Assembly (NCBI RefSeq): GCF_028641065.1
Contig: NC_073412.1
Coordinates: forward strand, 5,084,001 to 5,148,000
Source of the DNA: Leucoraja erinacea
Taxonomy: Eukaryota
Direction of reading: 5' to 3'
Length of the DNA: 64,000 nt
The notes beneath the pieces were generated by a model that was given only the letters and a program-made list of their open reading frames with translations, was not told the DNA's origin and ran no database searches. This document shows positions 12,443 to 25,080 of this stretch, in pieces; the first letter of the stretch is position 1, and the number at the start of each line of letters is the position of its first letter. The position numbers were made by a program, and so were the translations under genes.

Positions 12443-12762
12443 AATAAAATGGAAGCAAGCTTCAATGGAACATAACCACAGGAGTGGGTCTGAACCAAAT
12501 TTCTTAGTGGCAATTTTCAAGCAATCTTCTTATCTCAGCCAAGAGCATAAAGATTCAAGCCTGTGGTTTGGCAGGAAGGCAAGTTTCAGCAGCATGCTAA
12601 GTTTCTGGATTCCTGGTGTCAAGATTTCTTAACATGCACTTGTTTTGGTGTCAACAGAATGGAAACTAGATCACCACACCGTTACATTGGTATGTATACG
12701 CGGCAACAAAAACATGCAGAGGATCAAATACGAGCGGTCTTGGTCAAGAATACAAGTCATAC

Positions 12763-12971
12763 CTCTATTTTTATTACTGAAAAATCAGGCACTGGAGGGT
12801 TGTACATGAAAACACATGGATCACAGGGATCCCGAACGAACGGGAAGATCTTTTCTCTTGCTGGGGCAGGCGTGTAATTCAGCATCTCGCAGAGGGTGTG
12901 AACGTCAATGAATTTTGGAGTGAGACCAGCTCGCACAGTGTTATCGGAACATGCCATGCATTCTATGCAAT
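12763..12971 (-). CDS. MPI: MPI exon 7
   Basis: (D)[23 protein letters not shown] catalytic-region motif; 209 nt; ag/gt boundaries. Confidence 0.97.
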
Positions 12972-13344
12972 CTGGAACAGATGAGCTTAAGTTAATTAGC
13001 ACTTACTGACGATTCACACAATATCACTACATTTCTCAATAGCGGCCAAAAATAGACTGCAAATTCTTTTTCTTTTTTTTTTAAATGGAAAGCATCTCAA
13101 CATCACTATGCATATCAGAAATGCGTCTGCATTAAAAATAATGATTATAGAGTCATGCAGCAGAGATGCAGGCTCTTCGGCCCAACTAGTCCATGCAGAC
13201 CAAGATACCTCATCTAACCCAGTCCTATTTGCGTCTATTTGACTCATATAATAATAATAATAACCATATAACAATTACAGCACGGAAACAGGCCATCTCG
13301 GCCCTACAAGTCCGTGCCGAACAACTTTATATTTTTCATATATA

Positions 13345-14730
13345 ATAATACATTTATGGGCGCCTTTCAAGAGTCTCAAGGCCACCTTACAAAAATTTAG
13401 CAAGTAGAGGAAAAACATGTAAGCGGAATGAAATAAATAGTAGAGACATGACTAGTACACAAATTAAAGACAGAATTCAATTCAAAACACAATATGAGGC
13501 AATTCAAGCACAGATGAAAAGGGAGGGGGACGTGGGGCTAAGGATAGGCAGAGGTGAAGAGATGGGTCTTGAGGTGGGACTGGAAGATGGTGAGGGACAC
13601 GGAATTACGGATCAGTTGGGGGAGGGAGTTCCAGAGCCTGGGAGCTGCCCTGGAGAAGGCTCTGTCCCCCAAAACTGCGGAGGTTGGACTTGTGGATGGA
13701 GAGGAGACCCGGCTGATGTGAATCTGAGGGACCGTGAGGGTTGGTAGGGGGAGAGGAGGTCAGTGAGATATGGGGGGCCAGATGGTGGAGGGTTTTGTAG
13801 GTGAGGATCAGGATTTTGTAGGTGATCCGGTGGGAGATGGGAAGCCAGTGAAGTTGTTTGAGGACTGGAGTGATATGATGCCAGGATTTGGTGTGGGTGA
13901 TGAGTCGGGCGGCTGCGTTCTGGACCAGTTGGAGTCGGTTGATGTAGGTGGAGCTGATGCCAAGGAGAAGTGAGTTGCAGTAGTCCAGTCGGGAGGAGAT
14001 GAAGGCATGGATGAGTCTTTCAGCAGCGGGAGGTGTGAGAGAGGGTCTGATTTTGGCGATGTTGCGGAGGTGAAAGAAGGAGGTTTTAATGACATGGCGG
14101 ATGTGAGGCTCAAGGGAGAGGGTGGAATCAAAGATCACGCCAAGGTTGCGGGCCTGGGGACCTGGGGAGACAGTGGTGCCGTCAATGGTGAGAGTGGAGT
14201 TATTGATTTTGCTGAGTGTGGATTTGGAGCCTATGAGGAGGAATTCTGTTTTATCGCTGTTGAGTTTGAGGAAGTTATGTTGCATCCAGGTTTTTATAGC
14301 TGACAAACAGGAGTTGATATGGGAGAGGGGGGGGGGTTGTGGGGGGATTTGGTGCCGAGGTAGATCTGGGTGTCATCGGCGTAACAGTGGAAGTCCAGGT
14401 TGAAGTGGCGGAGTATCTGACCAAGGGGGAGGATGTAGATGATGAAGAGGAGGGGGCCGAGTACGGAGCCTTGGGGAACGCCTTGAGTGACTGTGGCTGT
14501 AGCAGAGGTGTGGTTGTGGAGAGAGATGAAGTGGGATCTGTTGGAAAGGTAGGAACGGAGCCAGCTGAGTGCAGAACCTTCAATGCCGAGGTCTTTGAGT
14601 CTGGTGAGCAGGATGTTATGGTTCACTGTATCGAAGGCTGCGCTCAGGTCGAGGAGGATGAGGATGTTGAGGGAACCAGTGTCAGCAGAGGCGAGGAGGT
14701 CGTTGAGGACTTTGAGGAGAACAGTTTCTG
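13345..14730 (-). mobile_element. L2-type LINE ORF2 fragment (RT domain to 3' end), frameshifted
   Basis: GVPQGSVLGPLLF...YADDTQIY and NFLKLNSDKTEFL...SRLDYCNSLL...LHWLPI; frameshift at a G-run near 14330. Confidence 0.93.
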
Positions 14731-14734
14731 TGCT

Positions 14735-15090
14735 CTATCCCTCGAAGGCTCTCCTATCCATGTACCTGTCTAGAGGTGTCTTTTAAATGCTGTTATAGTA
14801 CCCGCCTCAGCTTCCTCCTCTGGCAGCTCGTTCCATATACCCACTGCCATCTACTGAAAAAGTTGCCCTTCAGGTTCCTATTAAATCTTGTCCATCCCAC
14901 CTTAAACCTACATCCTTTGGTTCTTGATTCCCCGACCCTGGTTAAGAAACTCTGCGCATTCACCCTATATATTCCCTTCATGATGTGACACACCTCTATA
15001 AGACTGCCCTCAGCCTCCTGCGCTCCAAGGAATAAAGTCCTAGACTGCCCAGCCTTTCCCAGCTCAGGCCTTCGAGTCCTGGCAACATAC
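14735..15090 (-). mobile_element. Degenerate CR1 fragment
   Basis: IMKGIYRVNAQSFLTRVGESRTKG...FNRNLKGNFF. Confidence 0.8.
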
Positions 15091-15781
15091 TCAAAAAAAT
15101 GAATATTGTTCACTTAATATCTCACACTGAAAGGCTACAACACTGAGATTACAGCAGATAAAAAGCTCATAAAAAGTCGCCAATTTGTTTTATTCTCCAT
15201 CAATATTTTCCAACCCACCGAGTGTTCCAACGTTTTCCCTTTTTTCGCTAGCAGAGCTGCATTCTGTAATCTATGGCTCAAAGTTTATTAACACAAATTG
15301 TGAGCAGGAATGTGCGAAGTGGTGAGGAATGCCACAAACAGTAGTGAAAAATCTAGAATATTTGCTGAGAAGATCAAAGAAATATTCAACGCTGAGTCTG
15401 AACCTACGCTGGAATTAACCGAGGGGTATCGCAATATTTCAATTTAAATCAAATTCAAAATTAGTGTCATTTTAATCCAAGAACTCGTTTCAAAATTGTC
15501 ATGTCACCTCATGATTTGGTCAAATATTATTTTAGAAAGGTGCAAATTCTTATCAAAGTAAATTTGGTGATGCAGGAGCCCAAGACTTTGGGTGAGCATT
15601 TACCATTCACAACTGCTTGGTTTGATAATGAGGTTATTAGGAAAAATATATTGTAATTAAATCTCTTTATTGTTAGTCATTCCAATCCTAGTGCCCAGAA
15701 ACAGGCCCTTCAGCCCAACAAGTCTATGTTAACCCCATTTACCAAAACTTGGTCTGCAGCCTCCATGTCTGGGGACTCTTA

Positions 15782-16483
15782 AGGGCCTGTCCCCTTGTCC
15801 GCCATTTGCACGTCACGCAGATGGCGGGCGAAGATTTTGTACATCACAAAATCCTGGGACGCCGCGCGCGACCGCGCGTCACTGCCTACGTCACCACACA
15901 CCATGCGCACGTTGCGTCGTGACATGTAAATGATGTTGCGTAATTAGAAACATAGAAAATAGGTGCAGGAGTAGGCCATTCGGCCCTTCGAGCCTGCACT
16001 GCCATTCAATATGATCATGGCTGATCATCCAACTCAGTATCCCGTACCTGCCTTCTATCCATACCCCCTGATCCCTTTAGCCACAACAGCCACATCTAAC
16101 TCCCTCTTAAATATAGCCAATGATCTGGCCTCAACTACCTTCTGTGGCAGAGAATTCCACAGATTCACCACCCTCTGTGTGAAAAATGTTTTTCTCATCA
16201 CAGTCCTAAAAGACTTCCCCCTTATCCTTAAACTGTGACCCCTAGTTCTGGACTTCCCCAACATCGGGAACAATCTTCCTGCATCTAGCCTGTCCAACCC
16301 CTTAAGAATTTTGTAAGTTTCTATAAGAACCCCCCTCAATCTTCTAAATTCTAGCGTGTACAAGCCAAGTCTACTAAATTCTAGCGTGTACAAGCCGAGT
16401 CTACTAAATTCTAGCGTGTACAAGCCGAGTCTTCTAAATTCTAGCGTGTACAAGCCGAGTCTAGGCCAAGTGGGTGAGGCCCT
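15782..16483. mobile_element. MITE with AGGGCCTGTCCC-type ends, split by a nested CR1 insertion (15946-16462)
   Basis: Left end tta|agggcctgtcccc, right end gtgggtgaggccct|tga. The CR1 (minus strand) carries a 30-bp x4 tandem at 16337-16462. Confidence 0.7.
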
Positions 16484-16862
16484 TGAATCTCTCTCCAGGC
16501 TGAAGGGTTAATTAACATAGAAACATAGAAAACAGGTGTAGGAGGAGGCCATTTGGCCCTTCGAGCCAGCACCGCCATTCATTGTGATCATGGTTCCAAC
16601 CCAAAATATCACCTATCCATGTTCTCCAGAGATGCTGGACACAAAAAGCTGGAGTAACACAAATGGTCAGACAGCATCTCTCCTGTCTGACCCGCTGAGT
16701 AACTCCAGCTTTATGTCGGTTTAAACCAGCATCTGCAGTTCCTGCCTACGCATTTCTCCACAGATGCTGCCTAACCTGCTGCGTTTCCCCAGCACGTTGT
16801 GTCTTTTTATTTTTGTCACATTGCATCTGTCCTCTCTTTTTTCTAAAGTCTTTGGTTCTCAC

Positions 16863-17036
16863 CTCCATAAAGATACGCATGAGGTTCATTAGCTCCCAGG
16901 AAGATGGCTTCCCCGGGCTTCAGCTTCACCACATTCAGAAAGTAGATGACAAAGCAGCCGACATCCCCCGGAAACTGGGAGTGTAATCGCAGCAACAGCT
17001 CGCCGTTGCTTTCTGCTGCGTCTCTGCCTGCAGCAC
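16863..17036 (-). CDS. MPI: MPI exon 6
   Basis: ...[46 protein letters not shown]; 174 nt; ag/gt boundaries. Confidence 0.97.
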
Positions 17037-18628
17037 CTGCAACACAAGTTTAGTCCAGTTGTTTGTCACGTGTACTAAGGGACAGTGAAAAGCTTTTAAT
17101 GCGTGCTAACCAGTCAGCGGAAAGATAATGCACGATTACAATCGAGCCATTCACAGCGTACAGATACACGATGAGGGAATGGCACAAGGTTTTTATTAGA
17201 TCCAAACTATGGCTTGCAACACATCAAAACTGGGCACAAAGCATCAAGGCCACAAATACCAGTGACTCAAAACTAGTGCAAATGGAGGGCAGTATTTCAG
17301 CTGGGTCCATTCGGCCCTCCTGGGACATGGTGACCCACCTTCCTTTCCAGCAGTCACCAACCTATTGCCCACCATTCCTTCCCCCCTACCCAACACTATT
17401 TTCCAGCAACCATGCTATTTTATAAAATTTACATCGAGGAAAATCCAGGATTGTTCACCTTTGAACAAAGTCTGAAGTTAGACTTAACTTTCAAGAAGTT
17501 TTAGGGAAACAAAATGCATTGGACTAACACAGTGGGGATGGTGATCATTTTAATTCTCATAATCAAATGCAGCAACTTGATAAGATCTGATGGGTTGCAG
17601 AGGAAAGCAGATTGATCGGTCTGTGGGGAAGGTGCATGGAGATTGAGTAGCTCTTTTATACATGTGTAGGAAGGAACTGCAAATGCTGCATTTTAAACCG
17701 AAGATAGATACGAACTGCTGGAGTAACTCAGCGGGCCAGGCAGTATCGCAGAAGAGAAGGAATGGGTAATGCTTCAGGTCGAGACCCTTCTTCAGACTGG
17801 AAGTCGGGGAAAGGGAAACGAGAGAAATAGAACAAATGAATGTAAGATATGCAAAAAATTAACAATGTTAAAGGAAACAGGCCATTGTTAGCCGTTTGCA
17901 AGGTAACGTTGGGTGGGGGAGGGATGGAGAGGGGGAGTGAAGGTGTTACTTGAAGTTAGAGAAATCAATATTGTAAGCTGCCCAGGCGTTTATACAAACA
18001 GCCTTCTGCAGTGCAAGAAATTGTGATTATTTTGAGGAAGGGTGAAAATTCACCTTCAGTTGGTGGATCTGAACAGAGGTGGATATGTTAGTCACTGGTT
18101 GCATTCATCCCTACATATTGTGACCCATGTAAATTAAAGGAGGGGAGATGAGAACAATAGCTCAGTGCAAATAATCACACACCCATCTCCCCAAGTGCCA
18201 GCTCAAACAACATTCTAGCACTAAAGCAACACATCGCTGCTTTATGCCGTACCAAAGATGATGCGAAGCAAATTAGACCCCATTCATCATGGGAAATATG
18301 AAAGATTTCATGGTGTTAGTCGAAATGCCAAAAGTTCTCGATATCCTGATTAGCATTTCTCTCTCATCATTCATATTATTGCAGCTTGTAGGATCGTGCC
18401 ACTTGTAAAATGGGTGCTTGCTTAACACTGACGACAAGTGATTCGTGCTTGTGAGTCACTGCCAACAGCTGTGATGCAATAGATAAGTGCAAATATTGAC
18501 ATCAGAGTCCCATATGTTGGCAAACCCACTTGTTAGAAACCAAGAGATATTTCATTGCACATTAGTTAAGTGCAAACTAATTTACATTTGGCCTCAACGG
18601 CGTACTGCTGTGTGTTAATAGCACAAAC

Positions 18629-18808
18629 CTTCTTCCAGCACTCTCTTCACCAACATGTTCAGCTGATCAACAAAGGTCTTCTTTTCACAGTTCATCATTC
18701 TGGTAAAGCATTTCTTCAAAGCATCCGATATCTGGCGTGGGTGACCTGGGCTATTTTCAAGTATTTCCGCAGCTTCGTTGCCAATCACTGCATGGAACTC
18801 CGGGACAT
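18629..18808 (-). CDS. MPI: MPI exon 5
   Basis: VPEFHAVIGNEAA...LKKCFTRMM...LVKRVLEE; 180 nt; phases match the neighbouring exons. Confidence 0.95.
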
Positions 18809-18982
18809 CTGCAACAAAGCACAAATGTTTCAGAGATAAAAGGGAAACCATCAAATGTCACATCTCTGTTGAAGAACGCTGGAGTAAAAAAAAAAAACAC
18901 ATATTGAACCAATTTTTTGTTTGAAGTAAAAGTGGATACCTCAGCGATATTGAAAATATTTGTATTAACACATTAATTTTAA

Positions 18983-19270
18983 GGGCGGCATGGTGGCGCA
19001 GCGGTAGAGTTGCTGCCATACAGCGCCGGAGACCCGGGTGCGCTTCCAACTACGGGTGCTGAATGTACGGAGTTTGTACGTTCTCCCTGTGACCTGCCTC
19101 TATTTTCTCTGAGATCGTCGGTTTCCTCCCACACTTCAAAGACGTTCAGGTTTGTAGGTTAATTCGCTTGGTATAAGTGTAAATTGTCCCTAGTGTGTGT
19201 AAGATAGTGTTAATGCGCTGGTCAGTACGGACTTAGTGGGCCGAAGGGCCTGTTTCCACGCAGTATCACT
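18983..19270 (+). mobile_element. tRNA-derived SINE
   Basis: Head TGGTGGCGCAGCGGTAGAG (A box) plus the family core. Confidence 0.85.
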
Positions 19271-20268
19271 AGAAATAAATGTTCCTTTACAATTATTCAT
19301 TTCAAACTTGGTGATCGTAAAAAGATTGTGCATTTCAAAGCCTCTTTCTTAGTCCATCTCAAAACCGTTTATAACTATTGAATTACATATAAGGGATACA
19401 CTTCTTTATATTCAGTCTGGCACATTGCCACAACTTGTAGAGCTGCCAACTGACATCTCCAGCTATCCGGATTCAGTCCTGACTGGTATTCATAAGGTCA
19501 TATGTGATAGGAGTCAGAATTAGGCCATTCGGCCCATCAAGTCTACTTCACCATGCAATCATGGCTGATCTATCTCTCTCAACTAACTCCATTTTCCCCA
19601 GATCCTCTGACGCCCATACTAATCAAGAATCTATCTCTCTCTGCATTAAATATATATTCTCTACATCCAAATGTCTCCATTCTAATTCTAATATAGGTAA
19701 TGTGTTCTCTATGTGGATCTGTGTATATTCCCCGCGGGAATTCGTTTTTCTCCCGTTCCCTTCCCCGTACCAAAGACATGCAGGTTTGTACATTAATTAG
19801 CCATTGTAAACGTCCCTCTAAACATAGAAAATAGAAAATAGGTGCAGGAGTAGGCCATTCGGCCCTTCTAGCCTGCACCGCTACTCAATATGATCATGGC
19901 TGATCATCCAACTCAGTATCCTGTATCTGCCTTCTCTCCACACCCCCTGATCCCTTTAGCCACAAGGGCCACAACATCTAACTCCCTCTTAAATATAGCC
20001 AATGTACTGGCCTCAACTACTTTCTGTGGCAGAGAATTCTACTCTAGTTTGTAGGTGAGCAATAGAATCTGGCAGATTATGGCGATCAAAAGAATTAGGC
20101 ATGATACTTGTCGCTGAGTGCTAGGATCAGAAGGGTTGAACTTGCAAAATTGCTCTAAAAAAATTAAGATAATAGCCTGCAGTGTTTCTTTCCCCCGATA
20201 AGAATTACCAACAGGATTTCCTGGAGATTGACCAGGATGTTACAGGGAGGAGAAGGAACACCTCTTAC

Positions 20269-20410
20269 TTTTCAAAAATCCAATGATTTCCTCCACAGGT
20301 CTGAATCCGCAAAGTGCTTCAAATGGAGTCAGTGCAATGGCCATCTCTGGCTTGTGATTTTTATCAGGATATCGATCTGGAAACTGTGCATGAAGCTTCG
20401 CAGCTAGTTC
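20269..20410 (-). CDS. MPI: MPI exon 4
   Basis: [38 protein letters not shown] (PMI type I signature); 142 nt. Confidence 0.97.
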
Positions 20411-20777
20411 CTGCAGGACACAAGTTCCAAACCTATGAACAATGCAGTACTATTCCGTAAAATATCAACTCTGACTTCAATTGCTGACTTCTATGTTTAT
20501 TTGGCTCATGCCTTGGTGCTAGGAATCTTGGAACAGGAGGAAATATATCCAAGCCAGGAGCAGTAAGAACCAAGTCAATATCATTCTATTCTGTACAACA
20601 GCATGAGACAAACCTTTCCCCACCCTGGCCCGATAGTGGTAGCATTTCCGCCCCTTCGTTCATAGCCCATCATAAATACTTGGGGGAACAATGTAAATGA
20701 TTTAAATACTTTGCCTAAATTCTGACCTTAGGAAAGCTCCCAATGCACTACAATGAAAAAAAATAATGCTTAGAAAT

Positions 20778-20980
20778 ATGTAGGAAGGGACTGCAGATGC
20801 TGGTTTACACCAAAATGTTGTGTAACTCAGCGGGACTGGCAGCATCTCTGGATAGAAGGAATGGGTGACATCTCGAGTCGAGACGTCTGAAGAAGGGTCT
20901 CGACCCGAAACCTCACTCAATCCTTCTATCCAGTGATGCTGTCTGTCCCGCTGAGTTACTCCAGCATTTAGTGTCTATGC
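20778..20980. repeat. Inverted pair of Penelope-derived terminal repeats
   Basis: The left half is the reverse complement of the right half around 20875-20885. Confidence 0.75.
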
Positions 20981-21183
20981 AAAGAAACATTTTTGAAGTG
21001 TAGTTTACTTTAGTTTAGAGATTTTGCATAGAAACAGTCCCCTCGGCCGACCAAATCCACACTGACAATCGATCACCTGTTATCCCATTTTCTCATCCTA
21101 AAAATTGGGGGCAATTAAAAAAAAAAATGTTTTCAAGCAGATGCCAATTATAACCTATAAACGTGCACATCAACTCAAAAAGG

Positions 21184-21365
21184 ATCTATGGAGCGAAGGA
21201 AATAGGCAACGTTTCAGGCCGAAACCCTTCTTCAAACTGAAGAAGGGTTTCGGCCCGAAACGTTGCCTATTTCCTTCGCTCCATAGATGCTGCTGCACCC
21301 GCTGAGTTTCTCCAGCTTTTTTGTGTAACCTTCGATTCTCCAGCATCTGTAGTTCCTTCTTAAAC
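21184..21365. repeat. Inverted pair of Penelope-derived terminal repeats
   Basis: atctatggagcgaagg...cccttcttca AAC tgaagaaggg...ccttcgctccatagat hairpin. Confidence 0.8.
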
Positions 21366-21694
21366 TCAAAAAGGATACTTTATAAATTTCTGATTTCTAT
21401 TTTTATTTGGTTTGTTCCCTGCGGGTGGATGCGGAAGGACATTGAAACACCTGAGAGAAGCCCACACAATCACAGGGAGAAGTTTCTCCACATCTCAGTA
21501 CACATGACAATAATAAACTCACAATACAAAGAGTTTGTGCAGCATATGGGGGAAAAAGGAGAGGAGTCAGATGAATGGGGAATGCTCAGCTGGAGGCCGG
21601 CATGATCAGGAAGTAGCCATAAGATGGAGACGACTTCTTGTTTAGGCATGTGATGAGTGCAACTTGGCGAGCAACGATAGAGCTGCTGCCGCTA

Positions 21695-21898
21695 GCCCGT
21701 CCCACTTAGGAAACCTGAACGGAAACCTCCTAAGGTTTCCGTGCAGTTCCCGGAGGTTGCAGGTGGTTGCCGGAGGTTGCAGGTAGTGGAAGCAGGTAGG
21801 AAGACTGACAAAAACCTCCGGGAACCGCACGGAAACCTTGGGTGGAGCGCAAAAGTCTCCAGAGGTTTCCGTTCAGTTTCCTAAGTGGGACAGGGGCA
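21695..21898. mobile_element. ~215-bp palindromic MITE, copy C, nested in a SINE (21675-22170)
   Basis: Interrupts the SINE head at ctgctgcc|ttacagcgc. Confidence 0.85.
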
Positions 21899-22334
21899 TT
21901 TACAGCGCATTGCCAGACACCCGGGTTCGATCCCAACTGCGGGTACTGCCTGTACGGAGTTTGTACATCCTCCCCGTGACCCCGTGGGTTTTCTCAGAGA
22001 TCTTCGGTTTCCTCCCACACACTAAAGGCGTACGGGTTTGTGGGTTAATTGGCTCGGTGTAAATGTAACAATTGTCCCTAGGATTGTGTTAATGTGTGGG
22101 GATCGCCGTTCAGTACGGACTCGGTGGGCCGAAGGGCCCTTTTTCCGCCCTGTACCTCTAAAATAAACTAAATGCATTTATACTCGAAGCAAAGTTTGCT
22201 GTGTTTTAAAACAATTTTGTTTGGAGTTTGAGACTACAGAGAGCAAACAAAATCAAAGCGTATATTGCACGCTCCACACACGGCTATCTACCCAATGATG
22301 CTGCATGTAAAGTACTACAAAACCTTTTGCTTGC

Positions 22335-22535
22335 CTTGTTCGGATGAGCTTGAATAGATAACGAGATGTTGACTGAGAGCACCTTGAACAAAAAGGGCAG
22401 CTCTCCTTGGAAGATATCCTTCACTTTTGACCCCAGGCCGTTAGGGTGCTTCGAAATCCACTGCCCGAGAGTCTTTTGGGAAATTCTGTTGTCGCAAATG
22501 AGTGCATCTCCTTTGGGGTGTGCTCCCATCCATAG
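22335..22535 (-). CDS. MPI: MPI exon 3 (ends at a GC donor)
   Basis: [11 protein letters not shown]...[22 protein letters not shown]; 201 nt; donor AAG|GCAAGC. Confidence 0.93.
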
Positions 22536-22988
22536 CTAATGGAAAAAAATAATAATAATCATAAAACAGCATCACCTCTCAAGCTAGCTGATAATTTCCA
22601 CATCTCGCAATATTGCAAAACGTGTTTCCTAATTATATTGCACATGGGTTTCTCATTTTTGAGTTGCTTGTTCACATGGCAACACCTTCAATAAATGCAC
22701 TCTGTGAATGAGGTACTTGTAAATTTAATTTATATTAAATTGCCGTATGTTTTTATCAGTAGTCTTCCTTCCCAGCATGAAGCAAAGCTGTCCAAAGCAT
22801 AATTTATACATAAATTACTTCGCTGTTCTCTCAATACACGCCAATGAGCAGAGTGACATTACTAAATTTTTAAGTCTGTGCCACACTGTAGTTCTCAATA
22901 AATTGTGTTCAGTTCCTGGCACCGTGTTATAGGAAAGATTTCACCTGGAAAAGGTCAAATTTACGAGGATGTTGCCAGGATCTGGGCT

Positions 22989-23433
22989 CCCTCACGTGAC
23001 CGAAAAATTCTATTCACTGGAGCACAGGAGGTGATCTGTAGGGTACACAAGTGTTATAGATCAGGTAATGCATGTGCCCAGAGTAGTGAATGGGGGAAAG
23101 CGGAAAAAAGATTTCATAGGAATTCAACACCACACAAAATGGTGGAATGGAACAAGGCTGTCGATATTTGAGCTGAAATCCCAATGTTTGAGAAACAGTT
23201 AGCTTGTCGGGATATGGACCGTGAAGCACAGCGACCTAAATTTTTATCAGTAGAAAGTAAGGTAATTACAAGAGGGAACTGAAGGTGCCAATCCAGCGGA
23301 AGTGTTTAGCAGACATTTGCTATGGAGATTTACAGGTCCAAAATATCGGGAATTATCGCGTTTGCTCCCTGAATTTCATCAAAAATGAGGCATTATTAAC
23401 TTACTTTTGATGAAATTCAGCGAGCAAACGCGA
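22989..23433. mobile_element. Partial, scrambled copy 3 of the long palindromic element (left arm plus central hairpin)
   Basis: Matches ccctcacgtgaccgaaaa, gatatttgagctgaaa, gaccgtgaagcacagcgacctaaa and the centre gaatttcatcaaaa...ttttgatgaaattc. Confidence 0.8.
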
Positions 23434-24059
23434 TTTACGGTAATGGCTGCTCGTTGGTACTCGGGGCTCTCGTGGACATTTTTCAACATGTTGAAAAATC
23501 TTGCCGAGCGAGTCTTCCCGAGTACCTGCCGTCAGCGTTACGGGCCGCTAAGAGACGTCCCCGAGCTCCGACGTACCCGCTACGTTCATTCTCCGTGCTT
23601 CCCACGAGTTTGATTTTTTTTAAACTCGGGAGAGCTCTTGGAATGAACTCGTACCGTGGGACAGGGCCATCACGTTGCTTTGCAAAAAATTAAGTAACAG
23701 CTGCAGATTCAACAAGCACAGACAATGGAAAAAAATATCCCAGCGAGCACCGTTTCGTTTAACGCTCCATTTTCTAGGAATGTGTCTGGAACTCCAATCG
23801 AGGTATTACCATTTAGTCACACAACAAAAACATATCTTGAACATGCAAGCGACCGTAGATAAAACAGTTCATGCAAAGCTGCAGAATAAAGAATGCAGTA
23901 CAGGATCAGCAGCCAAAGCAGCAAAACAAGTCAGAGAAAGTTTCCAAAGATTTGACACTACGATCTTAAAACGCTCGCCCATCTAGCCTGTCCACACACG
24001 CATCTCCTCGTTGAAAATGATGGCCTAGGATTTTGTTTGAAGCATAATGAAGAAAATAC

Positions 24060-24187
24060 CTCAGCATAGGGCTTTTCTTCATCAATGACTACCGAAGAAT
24101 CATTACATGAAACCAGTTTTGCCACCTCGCTGTCCAGTCCAACCTTCCCCCAGGCGTAATGCTGCACGGCACATTTCAACGGAAACA
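24060..24187 (-). CDS. MPI: MPI exon 2
   Basis: (V)[24 protein letters not shown]...KPYAE; 128 nt; ag/gt boundaries. Confidence 0.97.
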
Positions 24188-24786
24188 CTAGGGAGAAACA
24201 AAAGATTGTAAAGCTCTAATGGTCTCTGAATCTCAGCACAATACCCAAGTTTCCAAGAAGACACATGGAACAAGGACGGCATGGTGGCAACGTTACTGCC
24301 TTACAGTAATATAATATCAAGGGGGTAGTTAGCGTGTGTGTGGAGGGGGGGTTTAGCTAGTGTGTGTGACGCTGCATGCTGCACCCCCCCCTCCTCCCCG
24401 CAACCGCACGTTAGGGGAACAGACCCAACGGGTCTGCACTTGGTCGAGTGCATTTTAAAAATGGACACCGTACGATGAAATAGACATTAGAAAATTCTTA
24501 CAGGGCAATTAGTTTGCACGGAACTTTGGGGCCCCACCATCCAGAACACAGTTGGAGTTTGCAATTTCATTGTGCTGGTTACTTGTTAAAATTTAAAGCT
24601 GAGATTGACAAAAAAATGTTTATTAACCAAAAATATCGAGGAATATGAGGGTTATGGCCTAATGATAATCTTGTTAAATAATGGAAGAGACTTACGGGCT
24701 GAATTGTGAATTATTGTTCCAAAATACCAAGAGTCTAGAGAGGGTGTACAATGTGTATATTGTCATATGGTGCTGGCTCGAAGGGC

Positions 24787-25080
24787 CTACTCAAGAGCCC
24801 TGTCTAGTTCTCTCTTGAAAGCATCCAGAGAACCTGCCTCCACCGGCCTCTGAGGCAGAGAATTCCACTGACTCACCACTCTCTGTGAGAAAAGGTGTTT
24901 CCTTGTCTCCGTTCTTAATGGCTTACTCCCTATTCTTAAACTGTGGCCCCTGGTTCTGGACTCCCCCAACATCGGGAACACGTTTCCTGCCTCTAGCGTG
25001 TCCAAGCCCTTAACAATCTTATGTGTTTCAATGAGATCCCCTCTCATACTTCAGAGTGTACAAACTCCAGAGTGTACAAG
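24787..25080 (-). mobile_element. CR1 fragment
   Basis: MRGDLIETHKIVKGLD...FSQRVVSQWNSLP. Confidence 0.88.

Noticed and set aside
13605-14626. Reverse transcriptase ORFs as a host or novel RT gene
   Set aside because: 5'-truncated, frameshifted L2 ORF2 fragment inside an intron.
18983-19060. tRNA-like A/B boxes
   Set aside because: SINE head followed by the family core; no full cloverleaf.
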